Shown: positions 51,932 through 64,000 of the stretch, in pieces
Position numbering within the stretch: position 1 is the first letter of the stretch
Layout: each line of letters begins with the position of its first letter
Assembly (NCBI GenBank): GCA_964016885.1
Contig: OZ024744.1
Span: 65,596,001 to 65,660,000 of the forward strand
Reading direction: 5' to 3'
From: Eledone cirrhosa
Taxonomy: Eukaryota
DNA length: 64,000 nt
Translations under genes and position numbers: made by a program
The notes under the pieces: model-generated
Database searches by the model: none
Told to the model about the DNA's origin: nothing
What the model saw: the letters and a program-made list of their open reading frames with translations, nothing else

Positions 51932-52805
51932 ACAACTACTGCTACTGCTACTGCTACTACTGCTACTGCTGCTGCTTCTGCTGCTACTACCACCACCACC
52001 ACCGCCACCACTGCTACCACCACTACTGCTGGTGCTGCTGCTGCCACAACTACTACTACTGCTGCTGCTACTAGCACCACCACCACCACCACCACTGCTA
52101 CCACTACTACTGCTGGTGCTGGTGCTGCTGCTGCTGCTGCTGCTAACGTTGCCGCCACCACTACCACCACCACTACCACCACCACCACCACCACCAACAC
52201 CACCACCAGCACCACCAGCACCACCACCACCACCACCACTACCACCACCACTACTACCACCACCACCACCACCAGCACCACCACCAGCACCACCACCAGC
52301 ACCACCACCACCACTACCACCACCACCACCAACACCACCACCAGCACCACCACCACCACCACCACTACCACCACCACTACCACCACCACCACCACCACCA
52401 ACACCAACACCACCACCAGCACCACCACCAGCACCACCACCACCACCACTACCACCACCACTACTACCACCACCACCACCACCAGCACCACCACCAACAC
52501 CACCACCAGCACCACCACCACCACCACTACCACCACCACTACCACCACCACCACCACCACCACCACCACCAACACCACCACCACCACCACTACCACCACC
52601 ACCACCAACACCACCACCACCACCACCACCACCACCACCACTACCACCACCACCACCAACACCACCACCAACACCACCACCAGCACCACCACCAACACAA
52701 CTACTACTACCACCACCACCTCTACCACCACCACTACCACCACCACCACCAACACCACCACCAGCACCACCACCAGCACAACTACTACTACTATTACTAC
52801 AACTA
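51675..52805. repeat. 1.1 kb compound trinucleotide tract (CTG/CTA then CCA)
   Basis: Seen directly in the sequence. Confidence 0.95.
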
Positions 52806-52914
52806 CATATTTTACATCACATTAATTAGGACAAATAAAAAAAAAAACGGAAAGGAAAAACATTTAAGAAGGAAAATAGAAAAAAATTTGTGTATCAAAT
52901 TCTACTGTGAATAT

Positions 52915-53672
52915 ATATAATAATAATAATAATAATTGTTTCTACTTTTGGCACAAGGCCAGCAATACCCAGTGTATTACTGGTACTTTATTTTCATTTA
53001 TTGGCCACAAGGGTCGACATATAGGGGACAATACAATAGACAGGAACAGTGGGGGTTTACAATGAAATTAAGTGAAAAAGCACATAGGCACAAGGCCAGC
53101 AATTTAGGGAGAGGGGGAAGTTACTGGTGCTTTATTTTATCAACCCCCGTATGGATGAAAAGCAAAGCTAACCTTGGTGGGATTTGAACTCAGAACGTAA
53201 GGGGCCATAACTCTATGCTGCAAAGCATGTTGTCCGGCGCTCTACCGATACTGTCAATCTATCACCCTAATAATAATAATAATTGTTTCTTATATAGGCA
53301 CAAGGTCAGCAATTTTTGGGGGGAGGAGAAAGTCGATTAAATCGACCCCAGTGTGTAACTGGTACTTTATTTTATCGACCCCGTAAGGATGAAAGGCAAA
53401 GTTAACCTGGAAAGCATGGCGTCCGACCCTCTACCAATACTGCCAATCCACTGCCTTTAATAATAATAATAATAATTGTTTCTACTTTTGGCACAAGGCC
53501 AGCAATTATCTCAGTGTATTACTGGTATTTTATTTTATCGACCCCATAAAAATGAAAGGCAAAGTTAACCTCAGCGGGATTTGAACTCAGAGCATAAAGG
53601 GCCATAACTCTATGCTGCAAAGCATGGCGTCCGACCCTCTACCGATACTGCCAATCCACTAATAATAATAAT
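52915..53672 (-). mobile_element. Head-to-tail cluster of about 4 tRNA-SINEs separated by (TAA)n
   Basis: Repeated aattgtttctac..ggcacaaggccagcaatt..ctctaccgatactgccaatcc. Confidence 0.85.
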
Positions 53673-53897
53673 ACTTGTTATATAATATGATATATGATAA
53701 CAATATTATATGATAAAATATGACACATAAAACTATCCCATGTTGACCTAACTTGTCATTGTCACCAGACTATAAATTCTTTTTTTTGTTCCTGTATAGG
53801 AACCAAGAAATATCTTAGACCTGTTTTTTTGTGTGGATAGGGGTTTAAATCATAAAACCAAACAAAACAAAACCAAGAAAAAAACTTTATCCTTAGG

Positions 53898-54385
53898 GTA
53901 AAGAGGTTGTGTAGGTATCACAACAAAAAGCACCCAACCCACACTGTAAAGTGGTCATGTAGGTATCACAACAAAAAGCACCCAGCCCACACTGTAAAGA
54001 GGACATGTAGGTATCACAACAAAAAGCACCCAGCCCACACTGTAAAGAGAACATGTAGGTATCACAACAAAAAGCACCCAGCCCACACTGTAAAGAGGAC
54101 ATGTAGGTATCACAACAAAAAGCACCCAGCCCACACTGTAAAGAGGACATGTAGGTATCACAACAAAAAGCACCTAGCCCACACTGTAAAGAGGACATGT
54201 AGGTATCACAACAAAAAGCACCTAGCCCACACTGTAAAGTCGTTGTGTAGGTGCCTCAACAAAAAGCACACAACCTACACTGTAAAGTGGTTTTGTAGGT
54301 GTCACGATACAAAGCACCCAGTCCACACTGTAAAGTGGTGGTGTAGGTGTCACAACAAAAAATATCCTGTACACACTGTAAATGT
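53898..54385 (+). repeat. 48-bp minisatellite (about 10 copies) inside an RTE 3'-UTR-type element that ends at about 54545
   Basis: Unit gtaggtatcacaacaaaaagcacccagcccacactgtaaagaggacat. Confidence 0.92.
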
Positions 54386-54542
54386 GGTTGATGTTAGGAA
54401 GAGCATCCATCCATAGAAACCAAGCCAAAATCAGTTCTGTATGAGCAAGATATGGTCTTCTGACCTGACTTGTCTCACAGCAGGATAACTCATCTAACCC
54501 ATGCTAACATGGAAAATGGATGTTAAACAGTGATGATGATGA

Positions 54543-55404
54543 TAATAATTGTTTCTATTTTAGGCACAAGGCTAGCAATTTGAAGGGAAGGGAAAAGTTG
54601 ATTAAATCAACCCCAGTACTTTCTGGTACTTTATTTTAAGGATGAATGGCATAGCTAAGCTCAATGGGATTTGAACATAAAAAAGGGTGGTGTCCAATGC
54701 TCTACCAATACTGCTAATCCACTGCCCTGATGATGATGATAATAATTGTTTCTACTTTTGGCACAAGGCCAGCAATTACCCCAGTGTATTACTGGTGCTT
54801 TATATTATCAACCCCGTAAAGATGAAAAGCAAAGTTAACCTTGGCAAAATTTGAACTCAGACTGTAAAGAGCCGTAACTCAATGTTGCATGGTGTCCAAG
54901 CCTCTACCTATCCACCCTCTAATAATAATTGTTTCTACTATTGGCAGAAGGCCATCAATTACCCAGTACATTACGGGTACTTTATTTTATCGACTCCGTA
55001 AGGATGAAAGGCAAAGTTGACCTCGGCGGGATTTGAACTCAGAATAGAAAGGGCAGTAACTCAATGCGTCAAAGCATGACGTCCGACCCTCTACCGATAC
55101 TGCCAATCCACCCTCCCTCTAATAATAATGATTTCTAGTATAGGCACAAGGCCAGTAATTTTGGGGGGAGGGGAAAGTCGATTAAATTGACCCAGTGCAT
55201 TACTGGTGCTTTATTTTATTGACCCCGTAAGGATGAAAGGCAAAGTTAATCTCGGTGTGATTTTAATTCAGACCGTAAAGGGCCGTAACTCTAAGCTGCA
55301 AAGCATGGTGTCCAACCCTCTACCGATACTACCAAGCCAGATAATAATAATTGTTTCTACTTTAGGCACAAGGCCAGCAATTACCCAGTGCATTACTGGT
55401 ACTT
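54543..55404 (-). mobile_element. Head-to-tail cluster of about 5 tRNA-SINEs
   Basis: Same unit structure as 52915-53672. Confidence 0.85.
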
Positions 55405-55502
55405 TAATGCACTGGGTAATTGCTGGCCTTGTGCCTAAAGTAGAAACAATTATTATTATCTGGCTTGGCAGTATCGGTAGAGGGTTGGACACCATGCTTT
55501 GC
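55298..55502. repeat. SINE-derived palindrome (98 bp arms, 9 bp spacer)
   Basis: 55298-55395 is inverted at 55405-55502 with about 1 mismatch. Confidence 0.92.
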
Positions 55503-55747
55503 GTCCAACCCTCTACCGATACTGCCAAGCTAGATAATAATAATGATGAGACTAGTTACCTAGTGACTCTGTGATTGATTGATTCTCTCTGTCTGTCTCT
55601 CACTCTGTCTGTCTCAAGTGAAATGTTCCAGTTGAACCTGGTTCTTATTACAAGGTGGTTATTGTGTGTCACAGATTATTAGTTATTTCTGTAAAATATA
55701 GTCAGAGTTTTAAAAATATATTTCATATGTAAAAGAAAAAGAAATGA

Positions 55748-56353
55748 AACTACAACAGCAACTACTACAGTAACAACAACTACTACAGTAACAACAACAA
55801 CTACAGCAGTGGCAGCAGCTGCAACAACAACAACAACAACAGTAGAAGCAGCAGCAGCAACAACAGCAGCAGTACCAGCAACAACATCAACATCATCAAC
55901 AGCAGCAGCTGCAGCAATATCAACAATAAAAACAACAACAACAGAAATAGCAATAACAACAATAGTAGAATCAGCAGCAGCAACAACAATAACTACAACG
56001 TCAACATCAACAACAACAACAACAACTGCAACAACAAGAACAACAACAACAGTAGAACCAGAAGCAGCAACAACATCAACAAATACAGCAACAACATCAA
56101 CACAACAACAACAACAACAACAACAGCAACTGCAACAGCAGCTGCAGCAGTAACAGCAGGAACAACAACTACCGTAACATCAACATCAACTGCAACAACA
56201 ACTGCAGCAGTAACAGCAGGAACAACAACTACCGTAGCATCAACATCAACTGCAACAACAACTGCAGCAGTATCAGCAGGAACAACAACTACCGTAACAT
56301 CAACATCAACTGCAACAACAACTACAACTACAACTACAACAACAACAACAACA
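55748..56353. repeat. (CAA/CAG) tract with a 60-bp higher-order triplication at 56142-56323
   Basis: Seen directly in the sequence. Confidence 0.9.
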
Positions 56354-57339
56354 TTTTAATAAAATTAAAAGAGTCATTCGCAAACTGTTTGATTCCCTTC
56401 CCAACCTCAAACACTCAACATGACTTCTCTACAATCTGTCTTGGATGTGTGATACCCTGGAAAACGAAACAGAGGACACCCGAATGGTAGATGCAGGGAC
56501 CAGGTCATAAAATGGTATTAATGATGATCAGAGGCAATGAATGGGGGGGGGGGGGGGCTCTCTAAAATCTGTCAAATGGTACCAAGCAGGGTTGTAAACA
56601 GTCATCGCGAGGACGTAGAGAATGTTTCTCTCTCAATCGTGCGAGAGAATCTGTATTACACTGGGCGAGGAAGGTGAGAGAAAAGAGGAGGTGAACAACT
56701 TTAGTGTCAAATTCACTGAATTTGGGAATTGATAGCTTTATTTACGTTTGGATATAGTCCATTATTTGGAACCGTACTGATCTCCGACTTGAGATGAATG
56801 GTGGTTGGGGTGGACTCAGACAACTAAAGCTGATATTTTAGGGGAGTTGTGAGGGAACTAGTTTCACGTTAGACACAGGAAGAGAAACGAGAGGGGATAA
56901 GAACAGTTTCTGTCAATTCGAGTCATTGTTGGATAGGCAAGCATTCTTCAGCACCTTGGAGAGAGTACAGATAAAACTATTCCAAGCTTCCTTAGCAATC
57001 CGGTTGATTATTGTTGTTATAAATGTATTTATATTGTTAACTAACAGTTCTAAGTTAAAAACTTTCCCGGTATTATCCTTTTCATCGTCGCCGCCTTCAT
57101 AGTTTTTATTAAATAGGTTAAGATGCGTAATTTCCCTTAAAACTATTTGTATTTTTGTATAAGAACAAGAGTTATCTCCCCTGCTTTTCTGAATTTGACA
57201 TTTTTGTGATTTTTCAAGAACTCAAAATGGCAAAAAGTAAATAAACTAATAACTAAATAAATACTATAATTAATTAATCAATTAACAAATTAAATTGCAT
57301 AAATAAATTACTTCTTTGTAAACAAGCATATCCGAGTTT

Positions 57340-57822
57340 AATCATTTCTACTTTAAGCACAAGGATAGCAATTTGAAGAGAAGGAGAAAGTCAATAAAAT
57401 CGACCTCAGTATATTGGTGGTACTTTATTTTATCGAGCCCGTAGAGTTGAAAGGCAAAGCTAACTCAGAATGTAAAGGGCCATAGTTATACGCTCTACCG
57501 ATACTGTCACTTCATCGCCCGTGTCTAAGTTTAATAATTGTTTCTACTTTTGGCACAAGGCCAGCAATTATCCCAGTGCATTACTGGTGCTTTATTTTAT
57601 CGCCAGTGTAAGGATGAAAGGCAAAGTTAACCTTGGCGGGATTTGAAATCGGATCATAAAGGGCCGTAACTCTATGCTGCACGGCATGGTGACCGACTCT
57701 CTACCAATAATACTAATCCAATATATGAGTTTAATAATTGTTTCTACTTTTAGCACAAGGCCAGCAATTATCTCAGTGTATTACTGGTACTTTATTTTAT
57801 CGACCCCGTAAGGATGAAAGGA
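57340..57822 (-). mobile_element. Three tandem tRNA-SINE copies
   Basis: Family consensus; junctions share agtttaataattgtttctac. Confidence 0.82.
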
Positions 57823-57845
57823 TGGCTGAATTGAAATAATGTGCT

Positions 57846-58434
57846 TTAACCCTTTAGCATTTACATTATTCTACTATTGTAATTTTGTGGTAAAGGCTTT
57901 ATCTCACATACTCACATAATTATCTCACATAATATCGAATCTACAAGATTTTGATCATCATCACCGTTTTAAGTCGTTCTTCCATGCTAGCATGGTTAGA
58001 CGGGTATGAACTGATTTTGGCTTGATTTCTACAGCTGGATGCCCTTCCTAACACCAACCTCATTTACAGTGAGTGGTGGGTGCTTTTTCCCGTGGCGCCT
58101 ACACGTCCACTTTACAGTGTGGGCTGGGTGCTTTTTTGCCGTGGCACCTCCATGACCACTTTGCAGTGGGAGAGTGTGGGGGCATATTGTCTATATGCTT
58201 CAGCTTGTACCCATGGAAGGTCGGGTACTCTGTATTACTGCGTGACGCTAGAGGTCACGGTCGTGTGTCATCCATCGCCTTTGAGAGGTGTAATTGGGTA
58301 ATAGGTGTAATTTGATGTTGTTATTATTTATTTTAAGAATAATACCTTAACGTTGGTATAAGAGGTTCAGTTTGAACAGAAAGAGGTGAGAGAATTCTGG
58401 TTGGATATGGCCGATTTAAATGCTAAAGGGTTAA
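57846..58434 (+). mobile_element. piggyBac-type MITE containing an RTE 3' end (57956-58310, -)
   Basis: TTAA-ccctttagcattta / taaatgctaaaggg-TTAA; the insert is flanked by a tttgat TSD. Confidence 0.85.
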
Positions 58435-58599
58435 AGAACTTCTGAGTTTATACATTTTAACATTTTAAATGAGTGTCACCTTCCTCTGGCAATGTCTTCA
58501 TATTCCAAGAAAAAAGCATCAAAAGCAACAAATCATTGTTTCTAAGGAAAACTTTAAGAAGGGAAGAGTTAAATGGTATTTTAATGAGGAATAGTGAAA

Positions 58600-59585
58600 T
58601 GACATCTACCTATGCACCAAAAGTAGGACTGAGAAAAGAAGAAAAGGATTGGTTCTATGAGAAACTTTTACAGACAACTCCTGATACTGACGAAAGAGAC
58701 CTCATCATCTTTGCAGGTGTCTTCAATGTAGGACAGAACCAGGATGGAATTACTGGAATCAATGATTATGACTCAAGAAATGAATAGGGAGTGAAGCTCC
58801 TGGAATTATGTGATGCAAATGAACTAACCATTTACAACACTAATTTCAGGAAACCAACCAGCCACCTGATCACATACCAATGAGGTGAACACACAAGCCA
58901 GATTGATTTGTTTCTTATAAGACAACGAGATAGACAGACAGTAATAAATGCTAAGGCCTTCTCTGGATAAATGCATGATGGAACAAGATATGCAGGAAAA
59001 TATGGAAATGGAGGGTTTGTTAGGTCAAGGACCTAAATGTTAAATATAGGTTTTGAAAGGCCCTATGGTATTTGATGAGAGGGGTGACAAGCTAGATACA
59101 TATGACATAGAGGACAATTGAAAATTCTTACACGACAACCTACTGTGAACTACTGATGAGACTTATGGCTGGAGTAAAGCACCAGCCAGGCAGAGTGTGA
59201 CCTGGTGGTAGAACAGTACAGTAGATAGAGCCATTAAAATCAAGAGACAGGTGTGAAAAGACTGAAAAAATGGAAGTAGTAGAGATCAGTGCGCTGTAGC
59301 TAAGAGAAGTTATTAGACAACAGGTATATATAGCATTGAAAAAAGGCTGAAGAAAGAACATTTGCTAATGTCTTGCAATGTGAAGATCAAGGGATGAATT
59401 GTTCCATATTACAAGGCAGTTTGTCTGTATGAATCAGGATGTTGTTGGGGAAAAGAATGTTAGAAATGACAATGGTGCACTTAACACCACTTATGTTCAA
59501 AAGAAGGGGTCTGGAAATGTTACTATGAGAGGCTGATGAATGTAGAGAATGAATAGGAGGAAGAGAGACTACCCCCAATAGACCC
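58600..59585 (+). mobile_element. RTE LINE internal fragment (APE C-half and linker)
   Basis: STYAPKVGLRKEEKDWFYEKLLQ; colinear with 27515-28495. Confidence 0.82.
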
Positions 59586-59764
59586 AATAATTTTCTCATC
59601 AGTGGGAAATTCTTTGGAAGTAGAGAAAATATTGAATGGATAGCATACAGTCTGTGTCCTTGTCGAAACAGCTTGGTGTGTCTAACAGCAAGCGCATTGT
59701 TCAACTACGAAATAAACATATATCTCTCTATGTATTATACAGCACATGCACATGCTCTCCCCTT

Positions 59765-60835
59765 CCTTTCATCACTGGTGGACTTCTCAGGTCAACTCTA
59801 CAAACCAGCAGTTACTCTCCCTCGCTCCACTTCCCTCCTTCAATGATGATCCTCTCAGACCACTTCCACAACCCAGCACCTGTGTTACTTCCCTTCCCTC
59901 CCCCACCCCTCACTGATGGCTCTCCCAGACCACCACCACCACAACCCAGTACCTACTCCCACTATCTCCCCCCCATCCATCTCTGATGGCCCTCTCAGAC
60001 TACCTCCACAATCGAGCATCATTCTCCCTCCTGCCCCCTCCTTCCATCAATGATGGCTCTCTCAGGTCTCACCCTGATAGTGAGAACCTAGCAATTCTCC
60101 CTATCTCCTTGTTCCTCCTTCACTGATAGTCTCAGACCAGCTCCATCACCCAACACCTACTCCCACTTACTCTCCTTCTCTCCCTGAGTTATGATTCTGA
60201 ACAGACCACCCGCAACTCAGCCCCTACTCTCCCTTACTGATGGTCCTTTCTGACCCCCCCCCCCCCACACACACACAATCCAACACCCGTTCTCCCTATT
60301 TCTCCTTTCCTTCTTCAATGATGGTCCTCTCAGCCCACATCTACAACCCAGCACCTCACTATCTCCCCTTCCCTCTCTCAGTGAAGGTCCACTCAGGGCA
60401 ACAACACCCAGCCCTTGCCCTTCCTATCTCCCCCTCCTTCCCTCTGTGATGGCCCTCAGAGGCTACCACCACAACCCACCACCTACTATTTAGGATCTCC
60501 CTTTTGTCCTTCCCTCAATGATTGCCCTCTCAGACCACCTCCATTAGCCAATACCTGTTCTCATTATCTTTCCCCATCCTTCCCACACTGGTGGTCCCCT
60601 CAGACCACCTCTCCAATCCAGCACTCTCTCTCTCTCTCTCTCTCTCTTTCCCTCCCACAGTGAATCTCCTCTCAGGCCATGTTCACAACCCAGCACCTGA
60701 TGGACCTCTCAGGCCACCTCCACAACATAACTCTTGCTCTCACTATCCCCCCTTCCCATTTCTCAGTGATGGCTCTCTCAGGCAACCTTCCCAATCCACC
60801 ACTAGTTCTCTCCCTTTCTTCCATCCTACAGTGAT
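59765..60835. repeat. Degenerate C-rich ~60 bp minisatellite
   Basis: Recurring tgatggYcctctcagaccaccYccacaacccagcacc..ctccc..ttcc, about 15 or more units. Confidence 0.8.
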
Positions 60836-61379
60836 GTTGTCAAGATAAAACACATCCAGTACATACAGTAAAGTCTTGTAAAAAATAGTAAAACTATTTC
60901 TTCTTCATTTACCGTAATAACAATGATAACAATGATAATAACAATAACAACAATAATTCAAAAAGAAAAGGAAACATCATCATCATTTCAATTTTACGTC
61001 CGCTTTTCCCTGCTTGCAAGGGTGGGACGGGAACTGATTCTGGCTTAATTTCTACAGCTGGATGCCCTTCCTAACACCAACCTCATTTACAGTGAGTGCT
61101 GGGTGCTTTTTTTCCGTGGCGCCTCCACGTCCACTTTACAATGGAATGATATGGACCCCAGTCCCTATCATCTCATTTCTACAGCTGAGTAAACTGGAGC
61201 AATGTGAAATAAAGTGTCTTGCTCAAGGAAACAACACATCACCCGGTCTGAGAATTGAACTCACAACCTTTCGATTGCAAGGCCAATGCTCTAACCACTA
61301 AGTCATGTGCCTCCAAAACAAAAGAAAAAAAGGAAAATAGAGAGAAAATAGAGAAAAAGAAAGAAAAAACGAGAAGTAG

Positions 61380-61790
61380 AGGGGATGGCAAGAACTCTAG
61401 TGTCACAGAAGAGAAGGGAGGAGTGAAGGGGAGGGTGATTGGGCTTTGGGCCTAGGGCAAGGAGGCAGAAGGGTTGTTCCCCATGGACAAGACCGCAAAA
61501 GCATTCCTGCGGACAATTGCCAGTGACACCTACTGCAACATCCACCCCACCTCACAGAGCTCCTTCCTCAGACAGGCCGCCAATGTTCCAATCTTGCAGA
61601 GGAGCTCGGCTCTACAGGGTCCAAGTATGCCTTAGATCTTGATGTGACCAGTGCAAAGAGGAAGCAGCTGGACAGTCCCTGGTATTTGTTTATTTTTTGT
61701 TCTTCTGCGAGGCGGGCTGCGATACCGGGGTTTGTGGCTGAAGCGACTAAGTTGGAGGTAGAGAACATGTCGCAGCAGGTGGCGTCCAGG
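61380..61790 (-). mobile_element. CRE-clade retrotransposon 3' fragment
   Basis: DATCCDMFS..AARLAEEQKINKYQGL; EVGWMLQ*VSLAIVRRNAFAVLSMG, parallel to the C-terminus of ORF 2321-2656. Confidence 0.72.
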
Positions 61791-62221
61791 TTAGAGTTAG
61801 GATAGGAAGGGAATCCATCCTTAGAATCCTTACTAAAATGGAAAGTACAAACAAGGCAAGGTCATTTGACTTGTCTTATCTCAGAATGTGACAACCTGTT
61901 TCATCCATGCCATCAAGGAACATGGATGTAAAATGGTGATGAATATATATATATATATGTGTAGTTTTTCCAAATTGAAGGATGAGTATTTTAAACTTTA
62001 TTTTATTCTGAGTTAAGGCTCTATTGATTTTCCCTGGATTTCACCAAATTCTGTGGATGAATCTATATCCTGATTCTTTTTGAATTGAGTTTGAATTATT
62101 TTCCCACATCTTACGTTAACTATTTTTCCATTTTGATGCTATAGTCACTTATATATATATTATGGAATACTGTTGGCTTCTTGCTACAATAATTTCTATA
62201 CTTTTCATTTATATATATATA

Positions 62222-62892
62222 TGAGACATTGGCATTGTATGCAGAGGACCTGCGCAGACTGGAAAGGAATGAAGCATGCATGCTCCGTTGGATGTCTAAT
62301 AGTAATATACACTAACAGCAAAACATAACAAACTAAGTGAGAAATTAGGAATAAGAGGGATCAGATGCTGTTTACTTGAGAGAAGATTACGTTGGTACGG
62401 TCACATGATGCGCATGAAAGACGACAGCTGTATAAAAAAATGCAGGCGATCAAAATTGATGGAAGTTACGGAGTAGAAAAACCTGAGATGACATGATAAA
62501 TTCCAACCTTACACACTTGCACCTCTCTAAGACAATGTCACTGGATCGAGATCTTTGGCGCCATACAGTAATACAGAAGACCCGCCTTTCCTACGTGCAA
62601 AGTTAACCTACAGTCAATAGACCCCTCCAAACCAAACATACCCCAACCCACTACACCACTCCATCCAACACCACTCTTTCTCTATAAAGTTATGTTGGTA
62701 CCACAACATCCAGTCCAAACTGTAAATGTGGTTGGTGTTAGGAAGGGCATCCAGTCATAGAAAACCTGCCAGATAATCCTATATGAGTAAGACACGGTCG
62801 CCTGACCAATCTTGCCTCAAGTGGGACAACTCCCGTCTAACCCATGCTTGCACGGAAGATAGACGTTAAACGATGATGATGATGATGATGAT
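62222..62892 (+). mobile_element. RTE LINE 3' fragment with long 3' UTR
   Basis: RRLERNEACMLRWMS, LRWYGHM; homologous to 26205-26885. Confidence 0.8.
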
Positions 62893-62913
62893 TATATATA
62901 TATATAACATATG

Positions 62914-64000
62914 TCATCATCATCATCATCATCACCATTTAACATCCATTTTTCCACATTAGTATGAGTTAGATGAGTTGTCCCACTATGAGACAAGCCA
63001 GATCAGATGACCATGTCTTGTTCATACAGAACTGATTTGGGTTTGGTATCTAAGGCTGGATGCCCTCCCTAACACCAACCACATTTAAAGTGTGTGTTGG
63101 AAACTTTTTGTCATGACACCTACATGACCACTTTACAGTGTGAACTGGGTGCTTTTTGGTCTGGCTCCAAAACAACCACTTTACTGTATGGACTGGAGGC
63201 TGGAGTGGGGAATGTGCATGGGGATGAGAGAGGCAGATCTAAAGGAGGAGGGCACTTATCAGGTGAGTGGTGGGGTGGTGGGACATGGGTGAAGGTTAAG
63301 GTGTTAAGACGTGGGTGGGGAAGGTAGGAGAAAATGATGCATACTGAATTTACGTGTAGCGAAGCGACACCTGTGGTGTGATAGCTCTGACGTCCCAAAC
63401 GGAAGTCATAAAAATAACACAGACACTCCGGCAAAAAAAAATGCAGACCGACAACACGTATTTTTCTTGGAGCTGATTGTACAAACACACACCAGCCATT
63501 CGTATTCTTCTGAATATTTTTGCAAGTCATAAATACACAAATACACTTCGTCTAAATATGCTTCAACCTGTGCACATGGGAATGCAGGTCTTCTGTATAA
63601 CTGCATAATGCCAGAGATCTTAGTCCTGTGTTGTCATCTTTGAGAAGTATAATTGTGTAAGTTCTGCTTTCATCACCTCATCCCAAGTCTTCCTAGGTCT
63701 TCTTACTCCATAGCTACCAACTTTGAGTACACTACACTTTTTTAAACTGCTATCTTCTTTCATATGCAACACATGTTCATACCACTGTAATTTCCTTTCA
63801 TGAACACTGCACACTCCCTCTTATGTCTAGTTTCTCTCTCAGTTCATTTATGCTTTGCTGTTCATGTATATTAATTACTATTGCACATGCAATGAAGCAT
63901 GGAAGCTTCATTTCTTTCTAATCTTCACAGGTCTCCTGCACACAGAGTCCAGGTCTCACCACCATGCAATATGGCTGCTAGTTTACACGCATCATACAAT
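62914..64000 (-). mobile_element. RTE LINE 3' fragment with long 3' UTR, tail-to-tail with the previous copy
   Basis: ERKLQWYEHVLHMKED..RRPRKTWDEV; 48-bp modules at 63070-63195; unrelated insert at about 63349-63550. Confidence 0.8.

Noticed and set aside
52032-52829. Poly-proline ORF (formin/extensin-like) and the antisense poly-valine ORF
   Set aside because: Pure translation of a (CCA)n tract, with no flanking domain or splice context.
53898-54385. Regular 48-bp array resembling a CRISPR array or a His/Cys repeat protein
   Set aside because: No unique spacers and no cas genes; eukaryotic context; the unit is part of an RTE 3' UTR.
55809-56153. Thr/Ala/Gln-rich mucin-like ORF
   Set aside because: Translation of a CAA/CAG microsatellite; the start is not ATG.

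Overview
Eukaryotic, AT-rich, microsatellite-dense DNA made almost entirely of transposable-element relics. The SINE/LINE complement resembles octopod cephalopod repeats (inference from recalled families, not a database search). I found no host protein-coding exon, rRNA, true tRNA or CRISPR array. Large elements: a near-complete Tx1/L1-type LINE (4760-9880, -), a full-length but frameshifted Gypsy LTR element (16234-21416, -), an RTE LINE (27198-30215, +) nested in a maT/mariner-type transposase, and a BovB-like RTE relic. Smaller elements: CRE-type and Penelope GIY-YIG fragments, Helitron, pogo, hAT, Tc1 and piggyBac-type MITEs, a solo LTR and many tRNA-derived SINEs. The most striking signal is in the first 22.3 kb: about a dozen type I hammerhead-ribozyme motifs (CUGANGA...GAAA...UH with pairing stems). 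Most sit as outward-facing pairs inside 125-360 bp DNA palindromes embedded in (TA)n/(CA)n tracts. One family is physically linked to a Penelope GIY-YIG ORF, which suggests non-coding Penelope-derived hairpin ribozyme elements. All alignments and folds were done by eye, and coordinates of decayed elements are approximate.
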